Shown: positions 27,746-39,352 of the stretch, in pieces
Layout of the letters: each line of letters starts with the position of its first letter
Position numbering within the stretch: position 1 is the stretch's first letter
Source: the human T2T-CHM13v2.0 reference genome, Homo sapiens
Assembly: GCF_009914755.1 (NCBI RefSeq)
Contig: NC_060926.1
Direction: 5' to 3' (one strand)
Length of the DNA: 64,000 bases
The notes under the pieces: model-generated
The model's input: only the letters and a program-made list of their open reading frames with translations
What the model was told of the DNA's origin: nothing
Database searches by the model: none
Position numbers and translations under genes: made by a program

Positions 27746-29230
27746 GGGGTGGGTGGATGAGCAATTTCATGTGGCTGTTGATCCCTAAATGTCTGATCTG
27801 GAGGAGGGGACTCTGGGGATGGGCTAGGTGGGCACAGCTGTTGTAGGGGGGAAAAGGCTGGGACCAAGAAAGCAGAAGACTTTGGAAAAATGAGGAATAA
27901 AAATAACTGTAAGTTCTAGGGAGTTAAAAGACTTGGGGCAAGGAGGTACACACATTTTCTGCTGCAACAAACGAATTCTAAATGGCTCTGGCAGAAAAGA
28001 GGGCCCGAATAGGAACTGCATTTCTAGAGAAATGAGAGTCCTTAAAGCTGTCTGAATAGAAAATAAGGTTATCATTATGTCTTATCATTAGAAGAGAGAA
28101 GAATATTAAAAGGACTCAGTTCAGCTTGAAGAAAAAAGATAAATTTCAAGTAAACTGGCATACAGTTTATCCATGACTGGATTTGCTGTAATAAAGTCAG
28201 CGAGGGAATAAGCTGGGTGATTTACAGGGCTCCTGCTTCTGTAAAATTTACAAACTGCTGTGATAAAATGTCACCTTTTATGATGCATTTCACCCGGGTT
28301 GCATATATAAAGGGCACTGCAATGGAAAGAGTTGCAAAAACAAAGCAGCAGCCTAGCTCCCCAGCTGCCTTTGTCTGCTTTTCCAGCAGAATTGGGGATT
28401 TATAGAAAGATGACTTCCCCACTTGCCTTTTCTGGCTGTGGCTTGCAACCAGTGAAATGGCACCATTTCCTTTAGTTTTTATTTTGCGACCTGGGGTGAG
28501 GGGGACTGCTTACAATAACGTAGACTAGGAAAACTTGAGGTGGGATAGGGAAACATCAGATGAGGGAGGAGAAGAGTATTGATTCCAAGGGTTTCCAATC
28601 CAGTGGGGAAGGCAGACACACCCAGGAGTGATTGAACACCAATGTAGCAGGGTTGAATTTTTAATACAATCCATGTTGTCATTCTATACTTTAATAGATC
28701 AAAGTGTATCGCTATGAGTCTCCATCTACTTGTTTGATGAGAAATTAAATCTTAGTCATTATTGGGGTTTCCTCCCTGAATCTATGAGATCACAGCAGAG
28801 TATGGGGCTTACCTGGTTCCCCAAACTGGGGAGGAGCCAGGTCCTTGGTCCGTGGTGTTTTCATTTTCACATTTGCCCTTTTGTCTAGACAGTGGCAATG
28901 TAGAGAGTGATCCCGTTCCTCTGTCTCCCAGTCCTGATGCTCTGTGGGAAGTCACAGAGATGCCCCTCTTATGTCTCCCCCAGTGACTGCAGACTGCCAT
29001 CCAAAAGCCCCCGATCTCCTATCCTGACCCATCCAGGGCATTGCCTCTGAGTGAGGGCACTAGCATCTTGCCCTAACCTCTCTCTCAAAAGAAACTTCAA
29101 CTCCCCTCATGTCTGTTGGCTTCTCCCTTTCTCCTTACAGCACTCATGTCCATGCTTCTCCTGCAACCACCTGACCTCAGTCTTTTTTAATGGGCCTGAA
29201 ACATAAATCCCTTCCTTCCTGAATCTCTGG

Positions 29231-29261
<31 letters not shown>
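29231..29261. repeat. Interrupted (TG)n microsatellite
   Basis: Read directly. Confidence 0.95.
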
Positions 29262-31191
29262 CACACATGTATGTGTTTGTAAAAATCAACTTGGATCTTG
29301 GAAAGAAAACATTGTTGGCTCCCTTATTCCAACAATGAATATAGGTGGATATAGGGAAAACAATGTTCATACCAGTTTCTTTCTCAGTAATTCTCCCATT
29401 TATACTAGGTGGACAAGGGTAAATGCTTTAATGGGACTAGAAACATGGTGCCTTGGCATACTATGGGTGAGAGATTACTTCAAACATGGTGGAACCAGGA
29501 ACCAAGGAAGGCTGCATGGAAGGGGTGAGACTTGATCAAGGTTGTGAAGGCTGGCAGAAGTTTGCTTTGTGCAAGAGATAATTTCACGTAGAGGGAAAAG
29601 CTTGAATCAGGCCTGCAGTTGGGGAGATGGAGCCTGGAAAGAATATTTATTTGGTTTGTGTGTGTGGGTGAGGTATGGGGCGGGGGGATGTGGGAGTGGG
29701 GCTGGGGTTTGAATAAGTGGAAGGTAGGTTGGTGGCTATTGTGCGGGGGTGCTAAGCAGTATAAAAAAATAACGTGGCTCTATCAAGTCCTTAGATGATG
29801 TTTGGCAGTTTTCAAGTAGTGGAAATAATTTCACTTATAAAACTGGATATGTAGGTGGCACTGAAAACAAGAATGCTTTTCTGAGACACTACCACAAAAA
29901 TGCTTCTCCACCAGATACCAGAGAAAATCCAGGCAATCATAGCCAAACGGGTACTTAGATAACTTTATCCAAAGTGCACTCCTTTACATTAACTTACCCA
30001 ATACCTAATTCTTCGTTGCATTAAGGGCCCGGGGCAGCACGTGTACCTTCCAGTGCCCGGATCCCTGTCCATTAATAGTTCTGTGTGCAGCAGTTAATGT
30101 CTAGTCCCTGCTTATTGATCTGGGCGATCCTAGGAGGGGGAGGACTTGTCTTTCAGAAAACAGAGCCCAACAGAGGCCCCTGGGGTTGTACTGGCTTGGG
30201 AGGCTGGCAGCTGCAGGCAGGCTTGCTGGAAGAATAACCTGAGGACATGGTAGTGGAGAACCATGATGTAGTTAGTAGAAGTTGGGAACAGACTAAGCAA
30301 ACAATCAATCCCTTTAGAAGCAAAGAGAATTGAGAGCAAATTAATCCATGGATTGGGTAAGGTAAGTGGTTCAGAACCAGTGCTGAACCAGCAAGGGCAT
30401 GCTCCCATTCCTCAGTTACAGGCTGCTTGGTACATATAGTGCTGGGTTGGTGTGGAGACTTGCAAGGACTACAGTCCTAGTTTGCTAATGAGGGAGTAGA
30501 GCTGTCTCATTTGAACTTTACCTTCCTGTGAGATGTGAACTCCCTCTTAGCTGAAGGGAGAAAACATCAGCTTCCTTGTTCCACTCTGCCTTGGTCAGAA
30601 AGTGGCTGGGGAGTCTAAGAGAGTGGCCTGGACAGTCCCCTCTGTGCAGTCACAATCAGTCACATCTGGATAACATCCCAAACCCAAAATATTGGGCTCA
30701 GCGCTTCTACACCTCGGTTCTCTGTTTTCCTAAGTCAAGTCAGGCTTTGGGAACTGTCTATTAAGTCCCTGTCAATTGCAAATGATATATCTCCCAAATT
30801 AAGAGTTTAACTAGATTTCATTCTGGGAATTGAGCAAGAACTGGCAATAATTTAGCTTATAAAACTGTAGTTTAATGAAAGTATAAGACAATAGGCCTGG
30901 TAGAGGCTTTTTACTATCATAAGATGAGAGTTTCTATGGGCTGTTCTGACAGATTTACTGTTGTTTTAACTTAATAAGCTATTTCTGTTTTAGCGTTGTT
31001 ATTGTTTCTGTGGTTATAGGACACTCTGTATTGCTTTATTATATTATCCCTCCCTCCCTGTCAATTTTTATGGTGGCATTTTTCTCTTTGCTTAGCTTGT
31101 AAATATAAGAATTTTTTCTGATCCTCCCAACTCTTCCAAGCACATATAGAAACAGAGCAGCTTGTTAGCACATGGGGTAGAATTTGCCTAG

Positions 31192-31316
31192 TCCTTCCTT
31201 CCTTCCTTCCTTCCTTCCTTCCTTCCTTCCTTCCTTCCTTCCTTCCTCCCTCCCTCCCTCCCTCCCTCCCTTCCTGCTTCCTTCTTTTCTTCCTTCTTCC
31301 TTCCCTCCTTTCTTTC
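31192..31316. repeat. (TTCC)n-(TCCC)n polypyrimidine microsatellite
   Basis: Read directly. Confidence 0.97.
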
Positions 31317-34300
31317 CATTCTTTCAGTTCATAAGGGCAGGCTCTTCTTGAAGTTGGCACTCTCCTCTCAAACAGTTTCCATTTCTTCCTTGAAGCTATC
31401 CAGATACAAATAACATTAGTAAGTTCTTACACTTGTAAAGCATTTTAACTTTTAAATCTGTTGTGATCTTTATGACTACTTTCTGTGGGGGGTCAAGCAT
31501 GTTTTTTATCCAAAGCATGTCTATGCATTGGAAAATGAAGTTCTAAGAGGATAAATTAGCTGCACATGATAATCTAGCAAGTAAATGTTAGAGTATAGGC
31601 AGAACTCAGGTTTCCTGGCCAGTGGTTGAGGTATGTCCAAGAATAGAGTGTCAGGTTGAGGGAAGAAGGACCTTCCAGCAGCAAGGACTAGTAACCAACG
31701 TGGTAGTCTGTTGGCTGCAGAATCCTCTATCACTAGTTCCATTATTAACTCAGGTGATACAGAGCCTCCCCGCCACCCCCTTAAAATTCCCCAAGAATTG
31801 TAGCTGGGAAGGAAAAGTAAATCCAAATCTATCTCCTTCACTGTCATTGGGCAGAGCTGGTCAACACTGATAGGCAAAGAGGTGGCCACAATTAAGTAGA
31901 GTAGGGGAGTTAGAATGTTGACTTAGAACTGGTTTAAGGAAAAATTCAAATCTAGTAGGGAAAGAAATGGAAAGAGAGGCAATACTTGTCCCAGGTACAA
32001 TGTCTTAGTCGATCCTTTTCAAGTTCTGCAAGGTAGGTGAGTCCCAGCTTGCAAAAGAGAAATCCTGGGGTTCAGAGAGAGTTAGAGACATTTTTGGGAT
32101 CAAGCAGGTAAGCATGTGGCCGAGTTGAGATTCAAATCTTCCTCTAAAGCCAATAGCATCGGGCACCTATCCACTTCTATTTCTGCCCATTCTCCTCCTC
32201 AGGTACTTAGAAGCCATATTCTTAGTGAGAGTCTTTATTCTCTCCAAAGACTAGGGGTTAAAAATTTAGCAGCATCTCATTGTCTCTTAAAGAGACACAG
32301 GGCCAACAAACCCAACCCTTTTGGCTATGTTTGAATTGTAAAGCCAGTGAAGTAAATTAATCTGTTAGATTAATCTCTTTTGAGACGACAATAAGGGGTG
32401 AGAAAAAGTGAAATGACTGTTCCTGGAGCTTCAGGCAGTCCGTCAGCCTCCAGTCCTTGTTCATCTGCATCTATCAGCTTCTGGTTCCTGAGATAGAATG
32501 TAAAGATTTTTTTTCTGGTTTTCACATTCTGGGTTTTTAATGACTGAAATCACCTACATTGATTCCTATCTGGGCCTGGCCTCTGTGCTCTGTTCAGGAA
32601 GGGCATGCACTCAGTGTGTGCTGCCCATCGGTAGATTTTCTATATGTTGGAGCCGGTTTCTACCTAGCTCACTTTCTGCTTTCTGTGGATAAATCACAGC
32701 CTTCAGAGAATCTCCTGCCCCAAAGTCCCTAACCCAGCTGAAAATCCAAAGTGTCGGGGGAAGAGAGCTTTAGCCTATCAGGTTCACACTCTCTTTTATG
32801 TCTCCTTTTTTTTCCCTTCCCCCTACAGCCCTCAGAGTGAAGATTTCTGGGATTTGAGCATCAGAATGACAGGGAGAGGGTGCTTTTTTTAGAGACAGAA
32901 ATTCTTCTTAATCTGAAAAGACCCAATTTACCTCTGTAGTTGATTGAGCCTTCTTATAATGTTAACTTTTCCCTCGACTTCTTGCTTTTCTTTTTCTTCT
33001 TTTTGAAATTCATTAATATTGTTTTTATTGAGAATTTTCCTTTGGGGCCCCCATCAGAGGGAATGCTAAACAGGATAGATCATGGAGGTCCTCCTAGGAG
33101 CCATTCTGATATTTTTAGGGTCTGTTCCCAGTGTGGTTTAGAAGTGCCAGCACTGCTAACTTGGGGTTATGCTTCTTGATTTATTATATTCTAAGAGAGT
33201 GTTTTTACTATTATTATTGGTATTCTTTTTTATGCTCTTTCAGCGTCAGCATTCCTAGCTCCAGATGACTACCTTATTTATCACCAATATTTTAATTTTA
33301 GCCAATTCTGCTATTTCTTTGAGCCCCAAGTTAGCATCCCAAGTCTCAGCAGCATAACTCTGAGAAGAGAATATATAGGGCATGGACACAAATTCTGATA
33401 TAGCTGGTTGCAACTCAAAGTAGTTATTCTATAAGCACTAAATTCAGTTTGCACCAAAACCCAGCCTTCAAGACCAAGAATACAATCAGTTTTTGGCAAT
33501 GATTATAGACCTCAGACAATAAAGTACCTGCCAAAAATTTTGAGAAGGAGATAGACATAGTCAATGTATTATTTTATAAAGTATTTACTAAGATTTTAGG
33601 ATACTTCAGGTCATCAACTGTGTTTTATTCATCTCTGAATCCCTGGTGTAGAGCTCAGCACCAAGCATATGGAGGCATGAATACTTTGAGTAGCATTAAT
33701 GAATAAATGAATGAATAAGTGTGTGCATAGCACTGATTGTGAAGAGGAAAAATCACAGGTTGGAACATTTTCAAAAGGCTTTTGTAACAGTGAGATAAAA
33801 TGACATAGTGACTGATCATGTATGGAGGGAAGAAAATAATAAAAACTGATTTTAGGTTTATTATTAAAACTTTGGAGAATGGAGATATTATGTCTTTAGA
33901 AATAGAGGAGTTAGATAAGGGACCAGGATTGACATGGGGAAGGGAAATGTCAACATTGTATAGGCATGTTGGGCTGGAAGTGATACTGGGGCCTCCAGAT
34001 GAACACAAAGGAGACAGCAGGAGAGAAGATAGGAGGTCAGAATAGGAGGTCAGGACAGAGGTCAGAGCTGGGGGTAGGGATGCTGGAATTCTCTTCTAGT
34101 AGGTGTGATATTTGCTGTAGGAGAAAATTAGATATCTGAGGGATGGAGTGGAAAGAGAATCCAAGAATGGCTGAAAAATGTCGCTTGATGAGAAAGCAGT
34201 CTTTGTATGAGTTTGGTGGGTTTGACTAAATATACTTTAGTCACATAGAAAGCTAAATTAGTTATGGTACCATTTCCAATGCCATATGCCAACTCCTAAT

Positions 34301-34363
34301 GACCACTGTTTAAAAATACTACTGTCTGAAAGCAAAGAATAAATTTTTCTTTGTGATATAGAG

Positions 34364-34526
34364 ATCCATCCATTTATCCACCCATCTATCCATCCATTTA
34401 TTCATCCACATCCATTTACCTGTTCATCTCTCTATCCATCCATCCATCTTTCTATTCATCCATCCATCCATCCATCCCTTAACCACCTATGCACCCACTC
34501 ACCCATCCACCCACTCACCTATCCAT
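34364..34526. repeat. Degenerate (CCAT)n simple repeat
   Basis: Read directly. Confidence 0.9.
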
Positions 34527-35366
34527 AATCTCTGCAACATTTATGGTTATTCTAGAATAAGCTAAGGAATAGGGACTTTTTAGCACTACTGATAAATCTT
34601 TACACTCAAGTGAAATTTTCCTTGGAGCAAAAGTGTCAAACAGATCTAAACCCTAAAACTGATGTTTGGACCTTTTCCCTCTTACTTCTTCAGCACCTGG
34701 GGAAATAAACCTGAAAAAGGGATTGCAGAGCCTTCAGAGGTCAGATGTCAGTCTTAAAAATGTTTTATAAACCTCAAAAGTGAACTTTAGGCACTTCACT
34801 CTTCTTTCTCTCAGCAATTCCATCCTTCCTTCTTTGTCTCCAGGGTCTAGAGCTTGCTTATTTCCCTGCCTATGTGAAATATAGTGATTGATATTTGTTA
34901 ATATGGGCAGGTGATCTATGAGCAGAGAGAGTCCCATTGTGGTGGTTGGTGGGAAGTGGGGTTGGGTGAGCTGTTTCACGGGTGGAATTTTCATTCCAGA
35001 TTCTGGAAAGGGTAATATGAAAAATGTGTAGGGGTGGGGGCATCCAAAGGAACAGGAGAAGAAAACTCCACCTGGTCTGTTGCTTAGGTCTGGGATGGTG
35101 GGAGATCCCTCTCTATCTCTTCCTTCTTCCCCCCTTCGACCTCTATTTTCTCTTCTTTCTTTCTTCTCCTTTGGGGCTCTTCTGACCTCTCTATGCTGGA
35201 GTGAAATTACTGACCCATTCCAGTTCAGCCTTCTTAGAGGTTTGGGGTCAGCTGTGTTTCCTCTTCAGTGGGGATGACAGTGGGTTCAGCTCAGTCTCTA
35301 TCTCTCCTGTGTGCTTGGTCCCTGTCCTGTGATACCAGATGAGGAAGATTAGAATGGTCTGTGCTT

Positions 35367-35561
35367 CAGGAAGGGGAACATCACACTCTGGGGACTGTTG
35401 TGGGGTGGGGGGAGGGGGGAGGGATAGCTTTAGGAGATATACCTAATGCTAAATGACGAATTAATGGGTGCAGCACACCAGCATGGCACATGTATACATA
35501 TGTAACTAACCTGCACATTGTGCACATGTACCCTAAAACTTAAAGTGTAAAAAAAAAAAAA
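35367..35561 (+). mobile_element. Very short young L1 3' end (L1PA3-like)
   Basis: ctctggggactgttgtggggtggggggaggggggagggatagctttaggagatatacctaatgctaaatgacg; poly-A; perfect 16-bp TSD agaatggtctgtgctt (35351-35366 / 35562-35577). Confidence 0.95.
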
Positions 35562-36149
35562 AGAATGGTCTGTGCTTATAGCAGGGTGGAAAACTTACCT
35601 TTTTCCTCCTTATCAGTCAGTTTAAGGAACCAACCGTAAGGGGCATTTCTGAAGGGCTGCATTTGCACTGAGTCTGCCCACATATGTGTCCCAGTGGCAC
35701 CACCTTCTCACCGTGTCTACTTGCTTTTTCTTCTGTTCCAGATTGTACAAAAATATGATATCCCACAACCTGTTGTATCCTCATGGTAATTTTCCCTTCT
35801 GTAACCACTTCTCCTTTGGAGCCCTCCTATTACCAGCTCAGTGTAGCTCTGCCCAAGCCTAATCTTCCCAGATGATAGGTTGGTCTCCAGTCCAACCCCC
35901 TAAATAAAACAAAACCTAGAATAAAATCAGTAGCCTCAGAGTTTCATTCTCTTGGGATCCTTTTGCAGCTGGCCATCTGCACTGGTCAAAATTTATTTAC
36001 TTTATAAAAGGAACTTGGAGTGATATGCTTTACCTTGAAAGACCAATAAACACTGTACTTGGCTAATAAGGATATATTTTGGGTGGAGGCTCTTCCCATA
36101 GTCCCTCTAGGCTCTTTATGATACTTACTGTGGCAATGCTGGTCTTTGT

Positions 36150-36640
36150 ACAAGTCTTAGCAGTTAAGAGCATGGATTTTGGAACTGAACAGGCTTGGTT
36201 TGAATCTGGCCTTGTGAGTCCTCATTTGTATAACCGTAGATAACTTATTTTACCTTTTAAAGCCTCAGTTTATGCATTACCAAAATGCTGATGTTATCTG
36301 TCTCATAGGGCTGATGTGAAGGTTAAATGGGATAGTAACAATAGCTATTTACCTATGGATGCTTAGTGTGTACCAGGAACCAGCCTAAATGGTCTCTACA
36401 GGAGCTGCATAATTTTGTGCTTATGATAACTGTATTATGCCCACTTGGCAGTGGAGGAAGTTGAGGCTAAGAGGGTTAGCTTGCCCAAAGATACATAGTT
36501 AGCAAGTGGCAGAACTGGGGATGACTCTAACAGTATGACTCTGCAGGCTTTCTCTCAAATGGTTCACCGTACAGCCTAGATTATGAGTCCAGACTTTGGC
36601 ATGTGGTTAGGACTCAGTAATTGTCACCTATTATTGTATA
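36150..36640. mobile_element. MIR fragments in both orientations
   Basis: agcctcagtttatgcatt (+) and gaggaagttgaggctaagagggttagcttgccc (-) MIR cores. Confidence 0.65.
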
Positions 36641-36699
36641 CTGCCCCCCCTCGAAGCCCAAATTTAGTCAGCACTTTTACTCATTTATTTACTCATTAA

Positions 36700-37030
36700 A
36701 TTTTTAGAATGTAAGCTTGATGAGGGCAGGAATGGGATTTTTGTCTGCTTTGTTTACTGTTGCATCTCCAGTGCTTATAACAGTGTTTGGTGTAGAATAG
36801 TCAAAACATTCACAAATGAATGCATCTGCTCACTCATTCATCCATTTATCATCAAAGATATTGAGCACCTACTATGTGCCAGACTCTGTGTCAGGTGCTA
36901 GGATAAGATAGCATCCCTTACCAAGCGGAGATCATAATCTGGTGAGGGAAACAGATTTATGAACCAGTAACTCAATTTAAATATATGTTTCAGGGTGTTA
37001 CCAAATACTAGGGCAAGTTGAGGGGACAGT
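36700..37030. mobile_element. Two L2 3' ends, tail to tail
   Basis: tagaatgtaagcttgatgagggcagg...aatgaatg followed by cattcatccattt...ttgagcacctactatgtgccag. Confidence 0.7.
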
Positions 37031-37167
37031 TCTCTTTTCTTTTAAGCTGCTGCCTAATTTTCATTTAGTGCTGTCAGCTGATATTCTTCTAGTCAGCAAA
37101 TTCCTATCAGAGTTATCTTGCATTCAGCTGGATGAGGTGTAATTTCCTGCAAAGAGAAGGCAGGAGG

Positions 37168-37290
37168 CAGGGCTGTAATTGAGAGTGTTCTGCCATGCCA
37201 GTTGTCCACTGCACAACTCTAGGGGGTGTCATTAATGTAGACTATGATGGGAATGGTGCCATCATAGTTTTGCAATGTGGTGGACCTGTG
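37168..37290. mobile_element. MER91-like hAT MITE relic
   Basis: gttgtccactgcacaactctagggggtgtcattaatgtagactatgatgggaatggtgcc resembles the palindromic MER91 consensus. Confidence 0.6.
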
Positions 37291-38384
37291 AAAGCTGCCT
37301 TTAATTCAGAGCCTAGGAGATTGGAGATGATTTACATAAAACCTTTGAAGGTACTTACCAATGCACTTTCTGGATCACAGTGACCTGTCTAGAGGGCAGG
37401 ACATGGTCAGACAGTAAGCAGTGTGAACAGACTGCATTGCTAAAAGAAATGAGCTCTACGGGGGTATCATTGCTGCTTAAGCCCAACTGGGTGTGGGCCA
37501 CAGTGATGTCATCAGGGACATGAGTATGACTTCTAGGTTTTCTCTTATGCAAACTTGGGCCTCTTTTATTTGCCACATATCTCAGCACTATATTGGAGTC
37601 TGGCAAAGCGGGCTGCAAGCTCAGCCTTTGGCAACCTTTTGGGAAGGAAATTAGCAGGATTTTTTTAAACCAAGTCTTCTTATGCTTTCCCAGGTCTCTC
37701 TTACTGGGTGGGGAGGTGGAAGGGGTGAGGAACTTCTGATATTCATCACCCTGGGATGGCGGGGACTCAGTGCTAAGGGTACACTGAGATTTTAGCAGAA
37801 GACTGGAAAATAGCAATACTTGCTCCAAAAGGGAGGAGGATGCTTCAATAAGTGATTTAAGTCTTGCTGACTAGGCTATGTTCCTTACATTACATTAATT
37901 TGTCTAATGTAAGGTGTCCCTTACATTAGAACTTGTGGATCTGCCCTGTTTCTGGATATGGGGGCTCTTCATAAGCCCCATAAGGGGACCCCATAAGTGG
38001 TCAATTCTGAGCCTTTATATCTAGGATCTAATGCCACCATAAAGGCTTTTGAGGCACACCCCAAGCTTAGCCAATGTTTTTCACCTGGCTCACTCTCCTT
38101 TTCTTATATTTGGATCTTCTCCCATGGCAACTTAGTTCCTGTCTTTTGTCTTGGGGGCTCCAACAAATGGGTAAGAATTTCAGAGTATGGTGGAAAGAAC
38201 TCTGCTTTGGAAAATTGGGAAAATTAGCGCACCATTCTGCAAAATTATTTCTAGATTTTGGCTCTGCCACTCATCGACCATGTAAGTTTTGGAATAGTTT
38301 TCTTTTGTGGGTTATCATTTCTCCATCTGTAAATGATATCGTATAACTTAGGAGGAGGTTCTCCTCCTAGACGTTTTATGAGGA

Positions 38385-38738
38385 TGCAATGGTCTGAATT
38401 TTTGTGTCCCTCCAAATTTCATATGTTGAAATCTAATCCCCAAAGTAATAGTATTACAAGGTAAGGCCTTCAAGGCAACTATTAGTTCATGAGGACCCCA
38501 CCCTCAAGAACAGGATTTAGTGCCTTTATGAAAGAGGCCCAACGTAGCTTGCTTGCCTCTTTCACCATGTGAGGACACAGTGAGAAGATGGCCATCTATG
38601 AATTAGAAAGTGAACCTTCACCAGACACTAAATCTGCTGGGACCTTAATCTTGGACTTTCCAGCCTCTGGAACTATAAGAAATAAATTTCTGTTGTGAGT
38701 TTATGATATTGTTATAGAAACCTGAATGGACTAAGACA
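38385..38738 (+). mobile_element. Solo MLT1A/B-type MaLR LTR inserted in a MIR
   Basis: tgcaatggtctgaat...ggactaagaca; perfect 5-bp TSD GAGGA (38380-38384 / 38739-38743). Confidence 0.88.
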
Positions 38739-39179
38739 GAGGATAAACCAATATAATAAACGAGAAGGTGTTTGAAGTAGTATTTGTGCTATATGTGAAA
38801 TATGGTTGCTTGTTGGCTGTTTCAGCACAGTTTGGCTTGATCTCATGGATCTGTGGACACAGAAAGGTGCCTTTTAGTTCCCAGACATCAAGGATTGAGC
38901 CCCACCTATGGAAAGGAAATAGTGGCAGCAAAAAGCATTTTGAGTCTGTTTTGGAATAACAATGAAAATATTTCATTAGGTCTGGATTCCTAATGGACTA
39001 CATTAGTTAGAATAATACTGGTTGCTGTAAGAACTACATTTCAAAAGTATCAGTAGCTTAAAATATTAGAAGTTTATTTCTCCCTGTCACAGTCAAATGT
39101 ATTGTTGCGAGTGAGTTTTTTCCTTGAACTGTTTAGGGACCCAGGTTTCTTCCACTTTGCAACTTCACCATCCCCCCAG

Positions 39180-39352
39180 GGCAGTGGTTCCAGTCTTGGC
39201 TGATCATGTGAATCACCTGTGGAGCTTTAAAAACTGATGCCGGGATCCTAGTCCAGAGATTCTGGTTTAATTGGTTTTCGGTGTGGCGCTTGTAATGGGA
39301 TTTTAAAAGGCTCAGGGGAGTCTAATGTGTAGTCAGCGTTGAGAACCACTAG
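39180..39352. mobile_element. MER5A-like element nested in an old MLT1-type relic (~39000-39580)
   Basis: cagtggttcc...gaatcacctgtggagctttaaaaa...ttgagaaccactag terminal inverted repeats. Confidence 0.7.
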
